DNA from: Chloroflexota bacterium
GTDB lineage: Bacteria; Chloroflexota; Limnocylindria; Limnocylindrales; CSP1-4
DNA length: 64,000 bases
Assembly: GCA_021802825.1 (NCBI GenBank)
Contig: JAJZRG010000008.1
Coordinates: forward strand, 16,715-80,714
Direction of reading: 5' to 3'
Part shown: positions 35,540-44,114 of the stretch, piece after piece
How the letters are laid out: each line of letters starts with the position of its first letter
Position numbering within the stretch: position 1 is the first letter of the stretch
Translations under genes and position numbers: made by a program
The notes under the pieces: generated by a model
The model's input: only the letters and a program-made list of their open reading frames with translations
What the model was told of the DNA's origin: nothing
The model's database searches: none

Positions 35540-38404
35540 ATGGCCGCCTTCACGGCTCGCCTCCGCCGGGCGATCGGCGGTGAGGTGCGCGACGACCGCG
35601 AGATCCGCGCGCTGTACAGCTCGGACGCCTCGAACTACCGGGTGCTCCCGGCCGTGGTGGCGGCGCCGGCGACGGTGGACGAGCTTGCTACGACTGTCGC
35701 GTTGGCTGTCGAGGCGGGCGTGCCGCTCACGATGCGCGGTGCCGGGACGAGCATCGCGGGCAACGCGATCGGTCCCGGGCTGGTCGTGGACGTCCGTCGG
35801 CACCTGGGCGGGATCCTGGACCTCGACCCCGTCGCGATGTCCGCGACGGTCCTGCCCGGGACGGTGCTCGACGAGGTCAACGCGGCCGCCGCCCCGCACG
35901 GCCTGCGCGTGGGCCCAGACCCGTCCACCCACGACCGGGCGACCGTGGGCGGCATGGTGGGCAACAACGCCTGCGGCTCGCACTCCGTGCGGTGGGGGAC
36001 GACGGCCGAGAACCTGATCGGGCTCGAGGTGGTCACGGCCGGGGGCGCGCGGCGACGGCTGGGCGCGCTGGGGCCGACGGCGCCGGGGGCGAGGGAAGGG
36101 CCCGGCTCGGCCATCGAGGCGCGCATCCGTGACGTGTACGCCTGCCACGGGGAGCGGATCCGGCGCGAGCTCCCGCCCTGGCCCCGGCGCGTGAGCGGTT
36201 ACGCGCTCGACTGGCTCCTGCCCGAGCGCGGCGCGGACGTCGCACGAGCGCTCGTGGGCACGGAGGGCACCTGCGCGGTCGTGTCGGCGGTGACGCTGCG
36301 GCTGGTGCGCGTCCCGGCGGTCAAGGGGCTGCTGGTCCTGGCGTTCGCCGACGATGTGGCCGCTGCGGCAGCGGTGCCGGCCCTGCTCGCGCAGCGGCCG
36401 CTCACCGTCGAGAGCCTGACGCCCGAGGTGCTGGGCGCCAACGCGGCGACGCTCGCGCCCAGTCTGGGCCTGCCGACGGGAGGCGCCTGGCTGCTGGTCG
36501 AGAGTGCGGGCGATGACGCAGCAGCGATGCGCGACCACGCCACACGCCTGGCGGCGACGCTCGGCACGGCGCCCGGCCGGCAGGACGCCGCCCTGCTCGA
36601 GGGGCTCGGCCCCCAGCGGGCGCTGTGGCGGGTGCGGGAGGACGGCGCCGGACGATCCGCGCGGCTGCCCGGTGGCACGCCGGCGTGGCCGGGCTTCGAG
36701 GATTCGGCTGTCCCGCCCGACCGCCTCGCGGCGTACCTGCGCGAGCTCCGCGCGCTCCTTCGCGACCACGACCTGCGCGGCATCACGTACGGGCACTTCG
36801 GCGAGGGCTGTATCCACCTGCGGGTGGGCTTCGGGCTGGACCGGCCGGGCGGCACCGAGCGGCTCACGGCGTTCATGGAGGCGGCGTCCGACCTCGTCGT
36901 CGCCCACGGCGGCACGCTCTCCGGCGAGCACGGCGACGGGCGGGCGCGTGGCGCGCTGCTCGGGCGCCAGTACAGCGCGCCGATGCTGGCGGCGTTCCGC
37001 GACTGGAAGGCAGCCTGGGATCCCGCCGGCCTCCTGAACCCCGGGATCATCGTGGACCCCCTGCCGATCGATGCCGAACTGAGACGGCCGCGGCCCACGC
37101 TGCTCGCGCTCGATCCAGCGCAGGCGTTCGAGGCCGACGGCGGCGACCCGCGCAGCGCGATGGAGCGGTGCATCGGGGTGGGGAAGTGCGTGTCGGGGCT
37201 CGGGAGCGCCGCCATGTGTCCCTCCTATCGGGCGACGGGCGAGGAGCGCGAGTCCACGCGCGGCCGGGCGAGGCTGCTCCAGGAGATGGCCGCGGGGTCG
37301 CTCGCCGAGACAGGCTGGGGGAGCCCGGAGGTGCTGGCCGCGCTCGACCTGTGCCTGTCGTGCCGCGCCTGCCTCGCGGACTGCCCGACCGGCGTGGACA
37401 TGGCCACCCTCAAGGCCGAATTCCTCCACCATCACTACCTCGGCCGGCGCCGGCCGCGTGCCCACTACCTGCTGGGCCGCCTGCCGATGTGGCTGCGCCT
37501 CGCGCGCCGCGTCCCGGCCGGGCCGCGACTGGTCAACGCGCTCACGGGGTTCGCGCCCACGCGCCGGCTGGGGGCGCTCGTCGGCGGGCTGGCGGGCGAG
37601 CGGCGGATCCCCGAACTGGCACGGCGCACGTTCGTGCAGGCGTTCCGGGCGCGCGCCGGAACGGCGTCCGCGGCCGCATCGCCTGCCGCTCGCCCCCGCG
37701 TCGTGCTGTGGCCCGACACGTTCACGAACCACCTGGCGCCGGGCGTCGGCGATGCGGCGGTCCGTGTCCTCGAGGCGGCCGGGTTCGACGTGGCCATCCC
37801 GGAGGACGACGTGTGCTGCGGGCTCACCTGGCACACGACGGGCCAGATCGACGGTGCGCGGCGGGTGCTGACCAGGACGCTGGCGGCCCGCGGGCTCGAT
37901 GGCGAGGAGCCCGTCGTCGTCCTCGAGCCCTCCTGCGCGACGATGCTCCGCCGCGACCTCAAGGCCCTGCTGCCCGAGGACCCGCGCGTCCGCGCCCTCG
38001 CGACGCGCGTGACCACGCTCGCCGAGCTCCTCGACCGCGTCGGCTGGCAGCCCCCGCCCGGCCCGACCGTGCACGCCCTCGTGCAGCCGCACTGCCACCA
38101 GCAGGCCGTCCTCGGCGACGCGGCTGACCGGCGGCTGTTGGCCGCGGCGGGCATCGAGGCCGATGCCGTGCTGACGGGCTGCTGCGGCATGGCCGGCAAC
38201 TTCGGCGCGGAGGCTGGGCACGAGGCCATCACCCGCTCCGTCGCCGAGCTCGGGCTCCTCCCGGCGCTCCGCGCCGCCACCGAGGGCACCGAGATCCTCG
38301 CCGACGGGTTCTCGTGCCGCACGCAGGTGGCCTTCCTGGGCGGCCGGCAGGCCCGGCATCTCGCCGAGATCCTCGCTGAGCGCCTCGGCCCGGAGGAGCG
38401 CTAG
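35540..38404 (+). CDS. FAD-linked oxidase fused to a (Fe-S)/CCG-domain protein (GlcD-GlcF-type fusion; D-lactate/glycolate-type dehydrogenase)
   Basis: ATG 35540 lies within ORF 34685..38404. FAD-binding PCMH domain (RGAGTSIAGNAIG), ferredoxin-type motif CLSCRACLADCP, and CCG motifs (VCCGLTWH, GCCGMAGNFG). Confidence 0.85.
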   Translation: MAAFTARLRRAIGGEVRDDREIRALYSSDASNYRVLPAVVAAPATVDELATTVALAVEAGVPLTMRGAGTSIAGNAIGPGLVVDVRRHLGGILDLDPVAMSATVLPGTVLDEVNAAAAPHGLRVGPDPSTHDRATVGGMVGNNACGSHSVRWGTTAENLIGLEVVTAGGARRRLGALGPTAPGAREGPGSAIEARIRDVYACHGERIRRELPPWPRRVSGYALDWLLPERGADVARALVGTEGTCAVVSAVTLRLVRVPAVKGLLVLAFADDVAAAAAVPALLAQRPLTVESLTPEVLGANAATLAPSLGLPTGGAWLLVESAGDDAAAMRDHATRLAATLGTAPGRQDAALLEGLGPQRALWRVREDGAGRSARLPGGTPAWPGFEDSAVPPDRLAAYLRELRALLRDHDLRGITYGHFGEGCIHLRVGFGLDRPGGTERLTAFMEAASDLVVAHGGTLSGEHGDGRARGALLGRQYSAPMLAAFRDWKAAWDPAGLLNPGIIVDPLPIDAELRRPRPTLLALDPAQAFEADGGDPRSAMERCIGVGKCVSGLGSAAMCPSYRATGEERESTRGRARLLQEMAAGSLAETGWGSPEVLAALDLCLSCRACLADCPTGVDMATLKAEFLHHHYLGRRRPRAHYLLGRLPMWLRLARRVPAGPRLVNALTGFAPTRRLGALVGGLAGERRIPELARRTFVQAFRARAGTASAAASPAARPRVVLWPDTFTNHLAPGVGDAAVRVLEAAGFDVAIPEDDVCCGLTWHTTGQIDGARRVLTRTLAARGLDGEEPVVVLEPSCATMLRRDLKALLPEDPRVRALATRVTTLAELLDRVGWQPPPGPTVHALVQPHCHQQAVLGDAADRRLLAAAGIEADAVLTGCCGMAGNFGAEAGHEAITRSVAELGLLPALRAATEGTEILADGFSCRTQVAFLGGRQARHLAEILAERLGPEER

Positions 38405-38471
38405 AGCAGCGAGGCGGCGGGTGCCGCCTAGGCCGCGCCGGTCGCCTACTCGCGCGCGAATCGCGAGGGGG

Positions 38472-38517
38472 TTGGGGGTGCCCTACGGGCTCGAGCCGGT
38501 GACCTTCGGAGCCACAA
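38472..38517 (-). repeat. Degenerate copy of the 3' half of tRNA-His (distal att-type repeat of an integrated element)
   Basis: 38499-38517 is identical to 43828-43846 (19 nt, GTGACCTTCGGAGCCACAA). The adjoining ~29 nt match the tRNA T-arm and acceptor 3' strand with 3 substitutions and 2 indels by my manual alignment. Confidence 0.75.
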
Positions 38518-38636
38518 CAGCTGGCTCCGTCTGCTCACAGCCAACGTGAGTGTCTGCCGCCTGCCGAACTAGCCGAGGCAGCGAAGCTCCAAGCGGCCCG
38601 GCTTCGACCCGCTCTGCCAGATGTCGTACAGCCGCG

Positions 38637-38888
38637 TCATCCCGTCGATCGCGCCTGGACTGGGAAGCCGAAGTAGTGGCCGCAGGCTGCGAAGCCCATC
38701 GTCGACTCGCAGTGCTCGTGCGTCGCGACCTGGCACTGGCGGACGAAGTGCTCCTCGTCGTGGTGGTGCAGCGCCCGTTGGTAGTCCGGGGTCCGGTGTC
38801 TCAGCTCGAAGGCGTACTCGGCACGCACGAGCTCGTGGGCCGGAAAGGCCCTCCACCGCTCGAAGACGTCGAGCTCTGAGCGGCCCAA
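38637..38888 (-). CDS. Hypothetical His/Cys-rich small protein (possibly truncated)
   Basis: 83-aa ORF with ordinary protein-like composition (…ALHHHDEEHFVRQCQVATHEHCES…ACGHYFGF). No family recognised. The adjacent reading frame continues protein-like to 38569, so a frameshift is possible. Confidence 0.35.
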   Translation of the reverse strand: MGRSELDVFERWRAFPAHELVRAEYAFELRHRTPDYQRALHHHDEEHFVRQCQVATHEHCESTMGFAACGHYFGFPVQARSTG

Positions 38889-38928
38889 ATGCCTGTAACG
38901 TCAAGCCGATGCCATCCGTATTGACAGT

Positions 38929-39507
38929 GTGCAGAGCGAATTGGCGATGGTTAGTGACCGAGATTGCGTCATCGATGCGGCATTTCGCGCTCATGCCGCG
39001 GAGGTATATCGGCTGGCGTTCGCGGTTGTGAGGGAGCAGCAGGCCGCCGAGGATGTGACGCAGGAGACCTTCGCCCGCGCATACGAGCGCTTCGCGACGT
39101 ACGATCCCGGCCGGCCGATCATGGGGTGGCTCCACGCGATCGCAACCCACCTGGCGATTGACCGCGTCCGACACGACAGGGTCCGTCGCTGGGTCGGCCT
39201 CGGCGAGCCGCGTCTGATCATGCCCAGAGATGCCACGGCGGCTGACGGCTTCGCCGGCATCGCGGAGCGTGACGCGGTCGCTCGCCTCCTGGGAGTGTTG
39301 CCAGCGAGGACGTGCGCGATGCTCGTGCTGCGCCACGCCTACGGCTATGACGACCGCTCGATCGCCGATCTCGTCGGGACCTCGCCGGGGAATGTCCGGA
39401 CCCAGGTCTCGCGCGCCCAGCAGCGGCTGCGGTCAGTCCTCGCTCAGCCGCGCGAGCCAGGGGGAACGGCCATTGCAGATCGGAGAGGCCACGATGGCGA
39501 ACGGTGA
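38929..39507 (+). CDS. ECF (group 4) sigma-70 family RNA polymerase sigma factor
   Basis: Region 2 (AEDVTQETFARAYERF...WLHAIATHLAIDRVR) and region 4 HTH (DDRSIADLVGTSPGNVRTQVSRAQQRL). ATG 38947 is an alternative start. Confidence 0.85.
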   Translation: MQSELAMVSDRDCVIDAAFRAHAAEVYRLAFAVVREQQAAEDVTQETFARAYERFATYDPGRPIMGWLHAIATHLAIDRVRHDRVRRWVGLGEPRLIMPRDATAADGFAGIAERDAVARLLGVLPARTCAMLVLRHAYGYDDRSIADLVGTSPGNVRTQVSRAQQRLRSVLAQPREPGGTAIADRRGHDGER

Positions 39508-41026
39508 GCCCGGCGGGCGTGTGGCGGTCACCCCCGGTCAGGAACCTGACGACGGGCAGGTCGGCCGCGCCGTCGCTGCGTATGTCGAGTCGGTCCGGGT
39601 CCCAGTCGGCCTCCTCGAGGCCGACTGGAGGTCGAGGCGCAGGCTGAGGCTCGCCTGGGCCGGAGCGAGTCCCGGCACGAGTCGCCGTGCTAGTGGACTC
39701 ACGGCTCTCGCCGCCGTGGCGGCGGTGTCCGTAATTGCGGTCGTGATCGGCCTCGCCGGTCGCCAGCCGCTGCCGGAGGCCGCGTCCGCGCCGGCGGGTG
39801 GCACCCTGCCGCCCTTCTCGGCCTCGATCCCGAGCGTGTTGCTGTCTTCCTTGTCGCCAGCACCCTCCTCAGTGTCGCCCAGCATCCAGGCGGCGCCAGC
39901 GCTGGGTGGGGCTGCCTGGTTCTCCATGGCCGGCTTCGGCGGCTGTCCCGCCAACTCGACTTCGGAGCCGCTCAGCGCCTGCTCCGGGACGACCAAGGCC
40001 GTGCCTGGGTCGCTGGAGCTGTTCGCGGGCACTCTCGACGGCAGGACTACCCTGCATGTCACGCGCTCGCTGCCGGTGTCAGCCCACCTGTGGGTCGGGC
40101 GCGGTTCTCAGCCCGACGCTGCCGGCCCCTTCGACGGCAAGGTGCTCTACAACCTGTTCGACGGCTCCCGCTCCGAGCTCCACGTAGTCGACGCCGCGAG
40201 CGGTAGCGACGAGACGGTGGTCACGACCGACAACGTCGTCTACAACGCTGTCCTGGACCCGTCGTCTGGCACGGTTTTCTTCGGCCAGCTCGATCCGTCA
40301 ACGCGCCACGACCTTGGGGTATGGCGGGTCCGCCTCGGCGGCTCCGCGCAGCCCGAGCTGTTCGTCCGGGCCGCCGCCCACAACTACGGCGGTTCGTGGC
40401 AGTGGAGCCGCACGTTGCTGATCACCCCCAGCGGCAGCCGCCTCTTGATCCGCGATTGCCAGGACGCCTCGTGCGATGTGAGCGTCTTCGCGACGGGGGA
40501 CTCGCATCTCATCTCCTCGGCCAATGGGCTGCGCGACGATGCGGTGTTCGGGGTGACTGACGCCTCCCTCGTCGGCATCCTGGCCTGCGCCGGGTCACCG
40601 TGCGGGGTGAGCTCTCTTGACCTGGCTTCCGGGCAGGTCCGCACCTTGACGGATGACCCCTGCGCGCTCAGTGGAACCGGTGTCCTCGCGGCCCGCACCG
40701 ATGGCACTCCCGTCCTGCTCGTCTCATCGCCAAACCGGGCAGGTTGCCCGTCCGCCGGAAGCGTCCTCGCGCTCGAGCTCACCGGCTCCTTGCCAGAGGT
40801 GGTCTGGGGGCCAGGCGCCGAAGACCCCAACACTGGGGGATCGCTGTCGCTCGCCCTCAAGGAGCACGGCTCCCAGGGATACGAGGTGCCCGATGGCTGG
40901 CTCCTGGTGGCGCCGAACCAGGAGTTGGCGCTTACCAACCACACTGGCTCTCTCGTGCCCCAGCTCATCAGCCTGTCTGGCGGAGGGTCCGTCTCATTGT
41001 CGGTCCAGCCGACCTTCGCGCACTGA
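39494..41026 (+). CDS. Single-pass membrane protein with large extracytoplasmic domain; putative anti-sigma/sensor partner of the ECF sigma factor
   Basis: ATG 39494 overlaps the sigma-factor gene by 14 nt. TM helix ALAAVAAVSVIAVVIGLAG, then a ~400-aa C-terminal beta-rich domain. No HxxxCxxC zinc anti-sigma motif. Confidence 0.55.
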   Translation: MANGEPGGRVAVTPGQEPDDGQVGRAVAAYVESVRVPVGLLEADWRSRRRLRLAWAGASPGTSRRASGLTALAAVAAVSVIAVVIGLAGRQPLPEAASAPAGGTLPPFSASIPSVLLSSLSPAPSSVSPSIQAAPALGGAAWFSMAGFGGCPANSTSEPLSACSGTTKAVPGSLELFAGTLDGRTTLHVTRSLPVSAHLWVGRGSQPDAAGPFDGKVLYNLFDGSRSELHVVDAASGSDETVVTTDNVVYNAVLDPSSGTVFFGQLDPSTRHDLGVWRVRLGGSAQPELFVRAAAHNYGGSWQWSRTLLITPSGSRLLIRDCQDASCDVSVFATGDSHLISSANGLRDDAVFGVTDASLVGILACAGSPCGVSSLDLASGQVRTLTDDPCALSGTGVLAARTDGTPVLLVSSPNRAGCPSAGSVLALELTGSLPEVVWGPGAEDPNTGGSLSLALKEHGSQGYEVPDGWLLVAPNQELALTNHTGSLVPQLISLSGGGSVSLSVQPTFAH

Positions 41027-41315
41027 TGCGCGAGCAGCAACCTGTCCGGCTTTCGGACGGGGCGCGTGAACCATCGCATGTTAGCGGCGTGACTGTATGG
41101 GCACGAACCCGCTGAACACGGCGGCGCTGAATGGAGACGTCGACGGCAAGGACGACCAGTTGGCGGATTCTGGTCTCGCAGTATGGACCCACGCTGCACT
41201 GACGTCTCGACGCAGTGGGGGTCATCTGCCCGGCCCTGGGGCTGGCGCTGCGCACTGGACGGGCTCGTCGAGGGCCCTCGGTGCTGGTGGTTGACAATCC
41301 CAGAGCACTCTCCCT

Positions 41316-41810
41316 GTGCTCTCAGGCCCTGTCGCACCTCCCCCGCCGCCCACCATCCCGGTGTCACGGACGTATCTGAACGCGATCAGCGTTCACTGGG
41401 CTGGGACATACAGCGCTCATCGGCCCGTTCCGCAGGCGGAGGGGCTCCACCAAGGCGGCGCCTGCTTGCTCCCGCCACGCCTCGGGCCGGGCTATAGGGG
41501 ATGGCCGCGGGCTGTTGGCACCGCGGACCTAGGGCCCAAGCTTGCCGCATCGCTTGTTTCCAACGGCATGAACTACTGCTACCCGCAAATGCTCTATCTC
41601 AACGACTACCACCGCGCCAACTACCCGGACCAGGCACGCAAAGAGGCACTGGTCTGCCACGAGCTTGGCCACACGATGGGCCTCGCCCACAGGTCCACGA
41701 CACCGATCGGCTGCATGCGCAACCCACCGATCGTGAGCTCAAGCACCTACTACAGCAGGCCTCAGGCGCACGACATCATGCACCTCGAGTATTTCTATTG
41801 GCCGCAATAG
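41316..41810 (+). CDS. Small metzincin-type zinc metalloprotease (HELGHTMGLAH), probably N-terminally damaged
   Basis: HExxHxxGxxH motif at about 41659-41691. No signal peptide. The same frame is open back to 41097 except for a single TGA at 41292. Confidence 0.5.
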   Translation: MLSGPVAPPPPPTIPVSRTYLNAISVHWAGTYSAHRPVPQAEGLHQGGACLLPPRLGPGYRGWPRAVGTADLGPKLAASLVSNGMNYCYPQMLYLNDYHRANYPDQARKEALVCHELGHTMGLAHRSTTPIGCMRNPPIVSSSTYYSRPQAHDIMHLEYFYWPQ

Positions 41811-41822
41811 GGGGAATGACCG

Positions 41823-42443
41823 ATGAGAGTCCGACGCCTTGCCAGACGCGCGGCGATGTCGTGGCCAGTTATCGCAGCCACCGTGCTCCTGGCCGGCGGC
41901 GTGTTGATCTTTGGAATCCTGGGACGTCCCTCACCTGGCACGACATCAGACACTTTTTGGAACAGCCTCTGGGTGAACGGAACATTCCAGACTTACCCTG
42001 ATGCGGGTCTGGCAGTGGACGCATCTGACGTGGTGGTCGTCGGCCGCTTCGCGTCGGTGGACAAGGGTAGGACGGCCAATGCCGCGCCCGAGTTGGGCCC
42101 GGATGGCCTGCTGTCGTTCGCCAAGGTCCGCGTCAAGGTCGAGGTCGTATTGGCTGGCAGCTACACGCCTAATGCCGATGGCACCCTCGGTCTTGAGCTC
42201 TTTCTGCCCGAGGCTTCGGCGCTGGAGGTCATGGTGGCGAACACGCCCGGCGAGAGGACGCTCCTATTCCTAAGGGCGTCTCCATCAGGGGGCAATGATG
42301 CGTACGCGCTCCTGAACCCCGAGGCTCTTGTACGCGACCTGCCAGGGAGTCAGACCGTCTCATGGGCTGAAGAGCCATGGCTGCTCGCCCTGGGCCGCCT
42401 GCCATTCGACTCAGTTGTTGACTCGGTCCGTGCCGAATCGTAG
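41823..42443 (+). CDS. Hypothetical membrane-anchored/secreted protein
   Basis: 206-aa ORF preceded by a GGGGG Shine-Dalgarno-like run. N-terminal signal-anchor WPVIAATVLLAGGVLIFGIL. No recognised domain. Confidence 0.5.
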   Translation: MRVRRLARRAAMSWPVIAATVLLAGGVLIFGILGRPSPGTTSDTFWNSLWVNGTFQTYPDAGLAVDASDVVVVGRFASVDKGRTANAAPELGPDGLLSFAKVRVKVEVVLAGSYTPNADGTLGLELFLPEASALEVMVANTPGERTLLFLRASPSGGNDAYALLNPEALVRDLPGSQTVSWAEEPWLLALGRLPFDSVVDSVRAES

Positions 42444-42681
42444 TGGAGCAGCCTTCCGCTCCGCGAGAGGTCTCGCACCGAGCCATTTCATGGGACTTCC
42501 AAGCCGAGACGGTAGGACGAATACGCATCTCGCGCCCTCATGCTGGATGCGCTGCCTCGCTCGCGTCGCGCTCCCACGCGTGTAAGGCCAAGGCCACGTC
42601 GAGCCGCACACCAGCAAGGCGATGTCGAGGTTGGTCAGGCCGGCCAGTGCCCGGCACCAGGCCGGCTCCCCTCGTCGGTGC

Positions 42682-43544
42682 TCAGATCCGGTCCCCCGGG
42701 CTCCGTTTGCGGTAGGCCTCCCGGGCCCGCTCGTCGGCCGCCGAGGCGCCGTAGCGGCTGAGCATCTGGCGGCTCTTCCAGCCGGCGAGGCGGATGAGGT
42801 CGCCCTCCGTGCCGCCGTCGGCGAGCCGCATGTGGGCGTAGGTGTGGCGGAACTGGTGGGGTGGAGGCCGGGCAGCCCGGCCACGGCGCCGCGGCGCCGG
42901 AGCACCTGGAGGACGCCGCTGTCGGTGAGGACGCCCCGCGCTCCCAGCCAGAGCTCCTCGCGCCCGGCCTGCGGGTGCGACGCACGCGCCCTCAGGTAGC
43001 GCGACCGCCTGGGCGGTCCTGCTGCCGAATGGGCAGGTCCTCCGTCCCGGCGCAGGCGTCGAGGATCGCCCTGATCTGCTCCGGCCGCAGGATCGGCAGC
43101 GGCTCCTCGGGGACGACGGGCGGGATCACTCCGAGGCCAGGCGGGACACCGCCCTGGTCCGGTGCTCCTCGACACTGCAGGCAGCGGTAGCCGAGCGAGA
43201 GCGTCACCGGGCGCGATCCGGCGTTCTGCAGGGCGACCAGGGACGCGTCGACGGGCTCCCGCGGGATCCCCCGCGAGCGAGCCCGGCATGCCGCGCCGGG
43301 CTGCGAACGCCTGGGACCGCGTCGCCGCGTCGAGGCAGGTCTTGATGGCGGCCGGGCTGCGATTCGCGGCACGGAGGCTGAGGCGCCAGCTGTCGATCGC
43401 CGCCCGGAGCCGGAGTAGCTCAGTTGGCAGGGCGGGAGCCTTCCACACCCTGTCCGAGGTGCGCAAGAAGTGCGCCGGCGGACGCTCTGTCGCGGGGCTG
43501 GCTGCGGCGCGCGGAGGAGCCGAAGCCGGGCTCGTCGCGCCCAC
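42682..43544 (-). pseudogene. Tyrosine recombinase/integrase, disrupted (frameshifts plus internal deletion)
   Basis: Own translation shows the pieces in three different minus-strand frames. The N-terminal SAM-like segment is ELLRLRAAIDSWRLSLRAANRSPAAIKTCLDAA. The middle segment is VPEEPLPILRPEQIRAILDACAG. The C-terminus is HQFRHTYAHMRLADGGTEGDLIRLAGWKSRQMLSRYGASAADERAREAY...*, with its stop at 42682-42684. Confidence 0.8.
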
Positions 43545-43801
43545 CGCCGGGCGCGGGGCAGCCTCAGGACGCGCGCTCGCAGACCATCGCGGCGAGCATC
43601 GCCCGGCTCGCGTCGCCGGCGCTGATCTCGCCGCGCGCCGCCTGCCCGGGCTGCCGACCCCCGGCAGACAGGCCTCGCGGGCATCACTTCGCCAAGGACG
43701 GTCAGCAGAGCCAATGGGTCAGTGACACTTTCCCCGGCGACATCGGGCGACGCCCTGCGACACGCCGCGGTCTTGGATCGCGCGTGGGATCAGGGGGGAG
43801 T

Positions 43802-43878
43802 TGGGGTGGCCTACGGGGCTCGAACCCGTGACCTTCGGAGCCACAATCCGATGCTCTGCCAATTGAGCTAAGGCCACC
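43802..43878 (-). tRNA. tRNA-His (anticodon GTG)
   Basis: Manual fold of the reverse complement: G-1 + GTGGCCT acceptor, GCTC/GAGC D-stem, TCGGA/TCCGA anticodon stem with loop TTGTGGC (GTG), ACGGG/CCCGT T-stem with TTCGAGC loop, discriminator C and encoded CCA. Confidence 0.9.
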
Positions 43879-44114
43879 ACGCCACGGACCGGCGCCTCGC
43901 CGGTCGTGGGACACCGGGTCACTGGCTTGCCGGGGAAGGGCCGACGCAGTATACGCGAGGACGGCCGAGGCAGACGAGGGCAGCGAACAGGCGGTCGGAC
44001 GGTGGTACCCCGGTCCTGTGCGACCGGGACCTGTGGGTCGGTGAACGCGGCGTCTCCGCGGTCCACGATACGTAGCGCCGGACCCCGACCGGCCTGTTGG
44101 AGAGTTGCCTCGGC

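Larger units (their letters stand above)
38499..43846. mobile_element. Decayed ~5.3-kb integrative island inserted in the 3' half of tRNA-His
   Basis: Direct repeats at both ends, a tyrosine-recombinase pseudogene next to the tRNA, cargo unrelated to the flanking metabolism genes, and visibly lower GC (by eye) around 41.3-42.5 kb. Confidence 0.7.

Noticed and set aside
34715-38359. 1214-aa minus-strand ORF, one of the longest in the track
   Set aside because: Only its last 202 codons (34715-35323) encode a recognisable protein, signal peptidase I. The rest is Arg/Gly/Pro/Ala-rich and lies exactly antisense to the well-supported FAD/Fe-S oxidase gene (35540-38404). This is a typical high-GC shadow ORF.
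39230-39493. Upstream extension of the anti-sigma-like ORF (track start 39230)
   Set aside because: That part overlaps the sigma-factor gene in another frame and is Arg/Ser/Cys-rich. ATG 39494 gives a typical short sigma/partner overlap.
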